The position numbers and the translations under genes were made by a program. 64,000 nucleotides of DNA, from NCBI GenBank assembly GCA_964414985.1, contig CAYPXA010000007.1:12233-76232 (forward strand), read 5' to 3'. A model generated the notes under the pieces. It searched no databases, was not told the origin of the DNA, and saw only the letters and a program-made list of their open reading frames with translations. This DNA comes from an uncultured Methanosarcinales archaeon. Lineage in GTDB: Archaea > Nanobdellota > Nanobdellia > Woesearchaeales > JAGWAF01. This document shows, piece by piece, positions 36,572-44,260 of the stretch. Position 1 is the first letter of the stretch; each line of letters begins with the position of its first letter.

Positions 36572-36900
36572 ATGAAGGCGCTGAAGAGAAGATAAGCAGA
36601 ATGCAGGCGATTGAGCAGAACATCCAGAATCTTATGATGCAGAAGCAGCAGCTTCAGGCTCAGCTTGTTGAAGCAACTTCTGCGCTGGAAGAGCTCGGCA
36701 AGACCGACACTGCATACAAGATTATAGGCAACATAATGGTTCTTTCTGAAAAGCAGCCGCTAAAGGCTGAAATTGAGACAAAAAAGGAAATGACTGAGCT
36801 TAGGATAAAGGCTATAGAGAAGCAGTCTGACGACTTGAGGGCAAAGGCAAAAAAGATGCAGGATGAAGTCATGGCTGAAATGGACAGGAAGGGGCAGTAA
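36568..36900 (+). CDS. pfdB: prefoldin beta subunit
   Basis: 110 aa; two coiled-coil arms flanking a beta hairpin (LEELGKTDTAYKIIGNIMV), with a typical N-terminus QAIEQNIQNLMMQKQQLQAQL. Confidence 0.7.
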   Translation: MNEGAEEKISRMQAIEQNIQNLMMQKQQLQAQLVEATSALEELGKTDTAYKIIGNIMVLSEKQPLKAEIETKKEMTELRIKAIEKQSDDLRAKAKKMQDEVMAEMDRKGQ

Positions 36901-36901
36901 A

Positions 36902-37150
36902 ATGGACAGCGAAGCAAAGGAAAATATTCTTTCAGCGCTTGGGGAGCTGGCTGATGACACAACAGTGCCCAAGAACATAAAGGCAAAAATTGAAAATATG
37001 ATTGCACTCCTTAATACCAATATGGACGACTCAATAAAGATTGACAAGGCTCTTGACGAGATGGAAAGCATGACAGAGGACTGCAACATGCAGCCATACA
37101 CAAGAACGCAGATATTCAGCGTTGTAAGCCTTCTTGAGACAGTCAAATAA
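36902..37150 (+). CDS. UPF0147-family protein
   Basis: ILSALGELADDTTVPKNIKAKIENMIALL...NMQPYTRTQIFSVVSLLE matches the UPF0147 pattern (...VPRNVRR...MP.HTRT.IWN.VS.LE). Conserved partner of pfdB. Confidence 0.55.
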   Translation: MDSEAKENILSALGELADDTTVPKNIKAKIENMIALLNTNMDDSIKIDKALDEMESMTEDCNMQPYTRTQIFSVVSLLETVK

Positions 37151-37225
37151 ATGTTTTTTCTGCAAAATAATTAAATTAAAAAGATTGATCAATGCCCAGC
37201 TCCAAAACTCAATTTGGATTTAATG

Positions 37226-37319
37226 CATTGCCGCGCTCCGTGAAGATTATTGAACCGCTTCTTCAAAGGAGTCACGTGCAAATCAATGTCCAGAATAAGT
37301 ACTTCGCTGGGCGGCAATG
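37226..37319 (-). repeat. 95-bp inverted-repeat element copy C (subtype 2)
   Basis: cattgccgcgctccgtgaagattattgaaccgcttcttcaaaggagtcacgtgcaaatcaatgtccagaataagtacttcgctgggcggcaatg is the reverse complement of the subtype-2 consensus. Confidence 0.8.
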
Positions 37320-37386
37320 ATTATTAAGAATCTTTTAGTTTTTAATGCACTTTGCAGAAATTCCAAGATTATTATTATTATAATTC

Positions 37387-37956
37387 TTATTTTGACTTCT
37401 TCTTCAGCTTTGCAAAGCCTTCCTTGGAAAGAAGCGAGTTTGGTATGAAAAGTATGTCTCCCTTTTTTGTCATTATCTTTGTTTCTGCAATCTCCATCCT
37501 GACAACTTTTCCTTCAGCTCCCCTGAACTTTATCAGGTCTCCTTCGCCAAGCATTGACTTTCTGCTTAGATGAAATCCTGCAATCATGTTTGGGATGAAG
37601 TCCTTGATGCCCAGCACAAAAGACAGCACAACAACCAGCAAAACTGCTGCTGCAATCATATGAAGGATTGTTGTTGTAAGCCCAAGCTGGCTTAGAGCTG
37701 CAATTATCGCTATAAAATAAATGAAGAATGCAACAAACTTTGAAAATGCCTTTTCAACGCTGAATTTGACATTTGCAGCCTGCCTTGCAACCTTGTCAAT
37801 ATCAAGCTCGTGAAGCACCCTGTATGAAAGCCTGCCAAGAAGCCTGCCTATAATAAACCCTATCAGTATTATGATTACTGCAATAATCAGGCGGTTCATA
37901 ATTCCTGAAAGCATGCCAGAAGCATAATTCCACCAGCTGTTCAGCGCTTCAATCAT
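37387..37956 (-). CDS. small-conductance mechanosensitive channel (MscS family)
   Basis: 189 aa; three N-terminal TM helices then the beta-domain (DLIKFRGAEGKVVRMEIAETKIMTKKGDILFIPNS). Confidence 0.65.
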   Translation of the reverse strand: MIEALNSWWNYASGMLSGIMNRLIIAVIIILIGFIIGRLLGRLSYRVLHELDIDKVARQAANVKFSVEKAFSKFVAFFIYFIAIIAALSQLGLTTTILHMIAAAVLLVVVLSFVLGIKDFIPNMIAGFHLSRKSMLGEGDLIKFRGAEGKVVRMEIAETKIMTKKGDILFIPNSLLSKEGFAKLKKKSK

Positions 37957-37975
37957 GCAGATGATTTCCCAAAGC

Positions 37976-37992
37976 AGGTTTATAAAAGTTTG
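37976..37992 (-). promoter_or_regulatory. conserved promoter element AGGTTTATAAAAGTTTG upstream of mscS-like gene
   Basis: Identical 17-mer to 35531..35547, positioned about 20 bp upstream of the start codon. Confidence 0.45.
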
Positions 37993-38058
37993 CGTTTGCA
38001 GGCTGGATTCAGGCTTGGGGGATTAAGTTTTTAAACTGGCGCTCCAAACATCCGGAGT

Positions 38059-39195
38059 ATGAGCCACCAGAAGCCGGACAAGGCAAAAGATGAATCTGCA
38101 GGCGACAGCTCCTCAAAAATAAAGGAGTTTGAGGCAGAGCTTTCAAAGACAAAGTACAACAAGAGAACACAGTACCATATAGGCCTTGTCAAGGCAAAGA
38201 TTGCAAAGCTGAAAGAGGCTGATGAGAGAAAGGCAAGGGGCCAGGGAAAGACCACAGGCTATTCCATAAAGAAGTCAGGCGATGCAACAGTCGTAATCCT
38301 CGGGTTTCCTTCAGTCGGAAAGTCAACTCTTCTTAACAAGATTACAAATGCAGAAAGCAAGACAGGCGCATACGACTTCACAACACTTGATGTTATTCCT
38401 GGAATGATGGATTACAAGGGCGCAAAGATACAGATATTTGATGTTCCCGGCATTGTAAAGGGAGCTGCATCCGGCTCTGGAAGGGGCAAGGAAGTGCTTT
38501 CAGTCATAAGGAGCGCAGAGCTTATCATGATTCTTGTTGATGTTTTTCACCCAGGCCATTACGACATACTGCAGAATGAGGTTTATGAGTCTGGAATAAG
38601 GCTGAACCAGAAAAAGCCTGACGTAAAAATAACAAAAAAGCCTTTCGGCGGAATAGGGGTTGGAGCTTCTGTAAAGATGACCTGGCTTGACGCAAAGACA
38701 ATAAAGGACATGTGCAGGGAGCTCGGGCTGATAAATGCAGACCTGCTGATAAGGAACGACATAACGCCTGAACAGCTTATTGATGCAGTTGAGGGCAACA
38801 AAGTGTACATTCCCGGGCTTGTAGTGCTGAACAAGATTGACGCAGCAAACGACCAGAAGATAATGGAAGTGTCAAAAAAGATAAAGCCTGATGTTGCAAT
38901 ATCTGCAGAGACAGGCCTCAACATAGAGCATCTCAAAGAGATGATTTTCAGGCGCCTTGGAATAATGCGGATTTACCTTAAGGAAGTCAACAAGAAGCCT
39001 GACATGAACGAGCCTTTGATAACAAAGGAGGGTTCAACACTGGGAGATATCTGCTCAAAGCTCCACAGGGATTTTGTAAACAAATTCAGGTTTGCAAGGG
39101 TGTGGGGAAAAAGCGCAAAATTCCCAGGCCAGGCAATAAGGAACCTTGAGCACAAGCCTGCTGACTGCGACGTGATTGAAATCCATCTCAGGTGA
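38059..39195 (+). CDS. developmentally regulated GTP-binding protein (DRG/Obg-like GTPase with C-terminal TGS domain)
   Basis: G1 GFPSVGKST, G3 DVPG, G4 NKID, and a C-terminal TGS-like region (IYLKEV...DCDVIEIHL). Confidence 0.75.
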   Translation: MSHQKPDKAKDESAGDSSSKIKEFEAELSKTKYNKRTQYHIGLVKAKIAKLKEADERKARGQGKTTGYSIKKSGDATVVILGFPSVGKSTLLNKITNAESKTGAYDFTTLDVIPGMMDYKGAKIQIFDVPGIVKGAASGSGRGKEVLSVIRSAELIMILVDVFHPGHYDILQNEVYESGIRLNQKKPDVKITKKPFGGIGVGASVKMTWLDAKTIKDMCRELGLINADLLIRNDITPEQLIDAVEGNKVYIPGLVVLNKIDAANDQKIMEVSKKIKPDVAISAETGLNIEHLKEMIFRRLGIMRIYLKEVNKKPDMNEPLITKEGSTLGDICSKLHRDFVNKFRFARVWGKSAKFPGQAIRNLEHKPADCDVIEIHLR

Positions 39196-39599
39196 TTCTA
39201 ATGGTGTCATTCAGCGCCTTCGGGCACAGGAATATAAGGGCTTCCCACAAAAATACCCTTGAATTTACAAAAGACAAAGAAGTGAATGTTTCAGGAGACT
39301 GCATTCTTGGAGTGAACTCTGATTTTGACGCTGATTCAATAAAAAAATTTCTGAATGAAGCCAAAAGCGCTGAAAAAATGAAATGCAGGATTGAAGCCTG
39401 CGGGATTTCTGACGAATTTGAATTTGAAATTAATCCAAAATTCAATGGCAGCCATGAGATTGTGTTCAGGCTTGGAGAGTTTGCTTCTGAAAGGACTTTA
39501 GGGGTAAGGGCTTCAAAATCTGCAGGGATGATTAAGAGGGAGATTGCAGAAGCGATGAGAAATCCTGAAACAGTAATGCATATTTATATTACTAAATAG
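39192..39599 (+). CDS. conserved archaeal hypothetical protein (135 aa; possibly DUF371-like)
   Basis: Overlaps the DRG stop by 4 nt, suggesting an operon. The family guess is weak. Confidence 0.35.
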   Translation: MILMVSFSAFGHRNIRASHKNTLEFTKDKEVNVSGDCILGVNSDFDADSIKKFLNEAKSAEKMKCRIEACGISDEFEFEINPKFNGSHEIVFRLGEFASERTLGVRASKSAGMIKREIAEAMRNPETVMHIYITK

Positions 39600-39650
39600 T
39601 AGTTACAATACCCAAACATTTATAAATCCTTAATCTTATTAAAATGCATA

Positions 39651-40595
39651 ATGGAAAACCAAAACGGATACAGCGAAGCGTTCATGGATTTCTTTAGCTT
39701 CAGGCATACAAACCCTAACAATGAAAATCAGGAATTTGGGTACAGCAAGGAAGTTGCTGCCTACAATTTTATCCAGGAAAATGCAGATTATCCCGGGCAG
39801 GATTTGTTTGAACTCCAGAAGACCGGAAATTACGAGGTCCTTGTTCCTGTAAACTTCAAAAGAAAAGACAAAGTGCTTCCAAAGCTCTGCAGGACTGCAG
39901 CAGCGCTTTACAGCCTTGACATGAATGACAAAATAGCAGTCCAGAAAGTTGAAAGGCATGATGCGTGCAACACAAATCCTTTTAAGATTACCTGCAGCGT
40001 AAACAATGCAGAAAAAGTATTTTACCTGAAAAAGCCAGACACAAGAAGGGCGATAGGCAAGGCATTCTACAACATTCTTTCAAACGGAAAATTTGTAACC
40101 TACAAATTCAATGAAAACGGATTTGCAGCAGACGCTGTTCCCGGAAAGGAAATAGAAGACAATGAAAAGGACAGCCTTGCAGAAAACAGGCATTTTGTCG
40201 AGGAGCTGGTAAGGCTGAATGTGTTTACCAACCTGTTCATGCTTGACGACATCCTGAAGCAGACAAATTCAAACTGCGCATACAGCAGGAAAAATGGAAT
40301 TTGCCTGTTTGATTTTGACGGATTTTTCAGGGAGGGGTCATACCATGTCCTTTCAAACTTCAAGAAAATCAGGGAAATGATTGACATCAAATCAATTGAA
40401 AAAGATGAAAAATTCATGATCCACCAAAACCTCAGGAAAAACAGGAGCATGATAGAAAAGCTGATAACAGCTGCGTCAGAAAACATTGAGGAAACAGAAA
40501 ATCTCGCATGGTCCAGGGACGAAGATGATATTGGCGGGCTTTTGAGAAAAGAGCTTTCAAAAATAGGCGAGTGGTCAAATAAAAACTGCCAATAA
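39651..40595 (+). CDS. hypothetical protein with possible protein-kinase-like catalytic motifs
   Basis: NLFMLDDILKQTNSN (catalytic-loop-like D...N) followed by ICLFDFDG (DFG-like). No glycine-rich loop identified. Confidence 0.3.
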   Translation: MENQNGYSEAFMDFFSFRHTNPNNENQEFGYSKEVAAYNFIQENADYPGQDLFELQKTGNYEVLVPVNFKRKDKVLPKLCRTAAALYSLDMNDKIAVQKVERHDACNTNPFKITCSVNNAEKVFYLKKPDTRRAIGKAFYNILSNGKFVTYKFNENGFAADAVPGKEIEDNEKDSLAENRHFVEELVRLNVFTNLFMLDDILKQTNSNCAYSRKNGICLFDFDGFFREGSYHVLSNFKKIREMIDIKSIEKDEKFMIHQNLRKNRSMIEKLITAASENIEETENLAWSRDEDDIGGLLRKELSKIGEWSNKNCQ

Positions 40596-40603
40596 TCCTG
40601 ATC

Positions 40604-41053
40604 CTACTGCCCTATCCTTCTTGTCTTTGGCACAAAATTAAGTATTCTTCCGCCGCTGGCAGCCCTTCCTGTGCCTAAAAAGTCACTGCCTTGCCTTAGT
40701 ATCACAAATGACGAGATGCCTGTCTCCTTTTCAAGGTCTTCGCCCTTCATCCACCTGACAGCCTCTTCGCTGCTGATATCAACAACATTCTTTGATGCCT
40801 TTGGCCCTACAATCTGGCTTCCCTCAATGCTCAGCCTTATGCCGTTCTCTGTTTCTGCAAAGTACAGCCCAATGGAATTAATCTTAACCTTTGACAGGTC
40901 TATGCCGAAAACATCCTTTTTTGCAAGGTATATCTTTCCGCTTTCAGCCTCGATGAATGCGTAGTCAAGCTCTTCAGAAAATCCCCAGGTCTCATTGAGC
41001 ATTGCAAGAATCTTCTTGGATTCCTTTCTGTTGAGGATTTTTGCCTTCTGCAT
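40604..41053 (-). CDS. Nip7-like pre-PUA/PUA domain protein (UPF0113)
   Basis: About 150 aa; C-terminal PUA-like VILRQGSDFLGTGRAASGGRILNFVPKTRR. Start overlaps the aIF5B stop (TGATG). Confidence 0.45.
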   Translation of the reverse strand: MQKAKILNRKESKKILAMLNETWGFSEELDYAFIEAESGKIYLAKKDVFGIDLSKVKINSIGLYFAETENGIRLSIEGSQIVGPKASKNVVDISSEEAVRWMKGEDLEKETGISSFVILRQGSDFLGTGRAASGGRILNFVPKTRRIGQ

Positions 41054-42837
41054 CAGACACCCCACACCGGGCTCTTTTTTCTCATTATTTCTGCAATCTC
41101 CTTGAGAAGCGCCTTCTGCGGGCCTTCAACCAGGTGCTTGTGCTCCTTATACTGCCTGAAGTCCTGCTCTGAAACTGCTGAATAAAGGACATCCTCCTCC
41201 TTTATCTGCCTTCCGACAGTGACTCCTGGAAGAGAAATTGCAATTTCATCGCCCTTGACAGCCTTTTCAACTGTCTTCTGCTCCTTCTGCATGCTCTTGA
41301 CTGTTGCAACAATCTCGCCTTCAGGATTCATAAGCTGGGCGTCAGACCTTAGCTCGCCTTCAAGGACATGGACTCCCACAACAGCAGGATTGTTCTGCCT
41401 GAAGACATAGCCTTTGAGAATCTCAATCTTGCACGGCTTTGCAAGCATATCAAGCACTTTTGCCTCCTGCCTCTTGGTCTCCTCAATCTTCCAGGCCTCA
41501 TACTTGTCAAGCAGGTCATAGATGATGCTGCTGGTTATAATCTTGACATTCTCGTTCTTAAGCTCGTCTGGAACAGAAACATTAAATCCAAGGACTGCAG
41601 ACATAAGAGGGTCTTTGGCCATCATTGACTGCGCATCTATAATGTCTTTTTTTGAGATGTCTCCGATAAGCGCCTTTCTGATGGGTATGCCCCTGTCCTT
41701 AAAGATGAAGATGAGCGCCTCAAGCGAGCCCAGCGAATCTGCCTTTATAATTAATCCGTCCTTTTCAGTCTCGATAAGGACTTCTCCGACATCCTGCTGG
41801 ACTTCCTGCTTTGCAGAATCAATGCTTCCTGCGCCTGATGCTGAAATTATCGGCATGCCTGCAATTGCATCTTCAGCGCCTGGCGCAGATATCTTGATGC
41901 CTGTGGCAGCAACAGCCTGCTTTACAGGAGAAAATCTTGCCTTTTTGGTCCTCATCTCTGCAAGAGGGGCAGGCTCAAACATTGCCTTGACCTTTGCAAC
42001 AATCGGCTCGCCTATGTTGCCTATGACAACCTGGTCTCCGACATTAAGCGTGCCGTCGTAAATTATGACATCCATTGTTTTGCCAAGGCCTTTCTCCTCC
42101 TTGACTTCAAGTATTGTGCCTTTTGCAGGCCCATCAACATTGCATTCAAGGCACTGCTCAAGGTATTTCTGCGCAAGCCCTGTAAGAACCATCAAAAGCT
42201 CTGCAAGCCCCTCGCCGGTCTTGGCTGATATGGGGACTATTGCAACCTGCTTGGTGTAGTCTGAAACCCTGTCAAACCGCTCTGCTTCCATTTTGAACTT
42301 CTCGTAAAGCTGGCCTACAATAGAATACATTTTCTCCTCGAAAAGCCTCTGCGTATCTTCAGCCTGCATGCCTATGTCAGGAAGGACATTCTTGGAAGAC
42401 TGGCGCCATGTGCCTACAAGGTCTATCTTGTTTGCTGCAATCACAAAAGGTGTTTTGCTTGCCCTTAGGAACTCAATAGCCTCCTCTGTCTGCGGCTTAA
42501 ATCCATCATTTATGTCAACAACAACTATGCCAATATCTGCAAGATTGCCTCCCCTTCTCCTAAGGCTGGTGAATGCAGCGTGGCCTGGAGTGTCGATTGC
42601 AAGAATCCCAGGTATTGTAATATCAAGCTTAAGCGAGTCAAGAAGATGGCCGCATATCTTTTTAATAACCTCAATTGGTATGATTGATGCACCTATCGCC
42701 TGAGTGATAAGCCCTGCCTCTCCTGCTGTAACAGAGGTGCCCCTGATTTTGTCAAGCAGGCTGGTCTTTCCGTGGTCAACGTGGCCTACAACTGTAACAA
42801 GTATCTGCCTTATCCTCTTATTCTGCTGGATAGCCAT
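41053..42837 (-). CDS. infB: translation initiation factor aIF-5B (IF-2 homolog)
   Basis: VTVVGHVDHGKTSLLDKIRGT (G1) ... DTPGH ... NKID; 594 aa. Confidence 0.85.
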   Translation of the reverse strand: MAIQQNKRIRQILVTVVGHVDHGKTSLLDKIRGTSVTAGEAGLITQAIGASIIPIEVIKKICGHLLDSLKLDITIPGILAIDTPGHAAFTSLRRRGGNLADIGIVVVDINDGFKPQTEEAIEFLRASKTPFVIAANKIDLVGTWRQSSKNVLPDIGMQAEDTQRLFEEKMYSIVGQLYEKFKMEAERFDRVSDYTKQVAIVPISAKTGEGLAELLMVLTGLAQKYLEQCLECNVDGPAKGTILEVKEEKGLGKTMDVIIYDGTLNVGDQVVIGNIGEPIVAKVKAMFEPAPLAEMRTKKARFSPVKQAVAATGIKISAPGAEDAIAGMPIISASGAGSIDSAKQEVQQDVGEVLIETEKDGLIIKADSLGSLEALIFIFKDRGIPIRKALIGDISKKDIIDAQSMMAKDPLMSAVLGFNVSVPDELKNENVKIITSSIIYDLLDKYEAWKIEETKRQEAKVLDMLAKPCKIEILKGYVFRQNNPAVVGVHVLEGELRSDAQLMNPEGEIVATVKSMQKEQKTVEKAVKGDEIAISLPGVTVGRQIKEEDVLYSAVSEQDFRQYKEHKHLVEGPQKALLKEIAEIMRKKSPVWGV

Positions 42838-42999
42838 ATTAATCAGGATTAAAATGCGCCCGTTTATTTAGGTTTCTATTGTATGCGTTTATTTTTGCCA
42901 CTCATAGATAGCAAATGCTTCATAACCTTTAAATACAACCTATACTTCTTAGTGGTAACAAAATATACATCTATCGTAACAATCATAGGGGGTTTAAAC

Positions 43000-43965
43000 A
43001 TGAGAAAAGCAAAAAGTGCATTTGCCATAATGATGGTATTGATATGCTCAGTCCTGTCAGCAGGTTTTGCTGCTGCAGCGCCGGTCCCAGTAACACTGGA
43101 GAGGGTATGGATTGACGGAAACGCAGTTTCTGACATAATGGATTTTGAAAAGGGCGGAAACATTGAAATCAAGGTCAAGCTTGAAGCTCACGACGATGCA
43201 AAAAACGTGCAGGTCGAAGCAGAGCTGAAAGGATTTGAATATGATGACAAGTTCAAGACAGAAGATACAACACACGTATTTGATGTCGAGGAAGGCATAG
43301 AATACATAAAATACCTTGCTCTTGAAGTTCCTGACAAGATGGAAAACGATGAGTACCAGCTTAGGATAACAATCACAGACAGGGACAATGATGAGAGGGT
43401 ATATTCCTATACAATCAAGGTAAGCTCAGAAAGGCACAGCCTTCAGATAAGGGATGTTGATTTTACACCAGCATCAGGCGTTGAGGCTGGAAAGTCGCTC
43501 TTAACAAAGGTAAGGATAAAGAACATAGGCCAGAAGGACGAAGAGTCTGTGAAGGTCACTGTTGCAATTCCAGACCTTGGCGTAAGCGCATCAAGCTACA
43601 TTGATGAAATTGAAGCTGATGACACAGAGTCAAGCGAAGAGATGTGGATAAGGGTTCCTGAATGCGCAGAGGCAGGAGTTTATCAGGCAGTAGTCAGGGT
43701 AATGTATGACGAAATGTTTGAGACTGTCTACGCAGCAAAGAGCATTGAAATTGTCTCAGGAGACCTCTGCCCAGCAGATGCTGAAGAGGAAGAAGAAGAG
43801 GCAGCCCCAATCATAGTGCCAGCAGCACCAGCTCCAAAGCAGGACGAAGGAAAGGAAATGCTGAGGAGTGCGCTTGAAGTCGGCCTTGTCGGCCTGCTTG
43901 TTGCACTTATCATAATTGCGCTTGTCGCAGGAATGGTTGCGCTTAGGAAGAACAAGGGCTACTAA
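43000..43965 (+). CDS. secreted surface protein with N-terminal signal peptide and C-terminal TM anchor
   Basis: MRKAKSAFAIMMVLICSVLSAGFAAAAP is a signal peptide. An acidic beta-rich body follows. C-terminal helix LVGLLVALIIIALVAGMVAL plus KNKGY. Confidence 0.5.
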   Translation: MRKAKSAFAIMMVLICSVLSAGFAAAAPVPVTLERVWIDGNAVSDIMDFEKGGNIEIKVKLEAHDDAKNVQVEAELKGFEYDDKFKTEDTTHVFDVEEGIEYIKYLALEVPDKMENDEYQLRITITDRDNDERVYSYTIKVSSERHSLQIRDVDFTPASGVEAGKSLLTKVRIKNIGQKDEESVKVTVAIPDLGVSASSYIDEIEADDTESSEEMWIRVPECAEAGVYQAVVRVMYDEMFETVYAAKSIEIVSGDLCPADAEEEEEEAAPIIVPAAPAPKQDEGKEMLRSALEVGLVGLLVALIIIALVAGMVALRKNKGY

Positions 43966-44066
43966 GCCCTTATTTTTATTTTTTTAATAATTTATTTCTG
44001 ATTTAATAATTAATTTTCAGCTTGCAGTTCTGGATTTTGTATTTTAAAACTTGGAGTATGGCTCTG

Positions 44067-44160
44067 CATTGCCGCCAAGCGAAGTACTTGTTTTGGAGGT
44101 TCTTCAAAAGGTGACTCCTGTCAAGAAGCGGTTCAATAATCCTCACGGAGCGCGGCAATG
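44067..44160 (+). repeat. 95-bp inverted-repeat element copy D (subtype 1)
   Basis: cattgccgccaagcgaagtacttgttttggaggttcttcaaaaggtgactcctgtcaagaagcggttcaataatcctcacggagcgcggcaatg. Confidence 0.8.
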
Positions 44161-44260
44161 TTCAATCAGTAGTTCATTGAGTTTTGGCTTTAAGCAAAGC
44201 AATGCTTATGCACTGCTCCAAAACATAAGATTTTTAATTACAGGCTTTAATCTTTAGGCT

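Noticed and set aside
44051-44257. 68-aa ORF, and similar ORFs at 54136..54414, 57845..58306 and 63676..63987
   Set aside because: Each is built over a copy of the 95-bp inverted-repeat element (shared peptide strings such as RFNNPHGARQC). They are repeat-derived and not independent genes.
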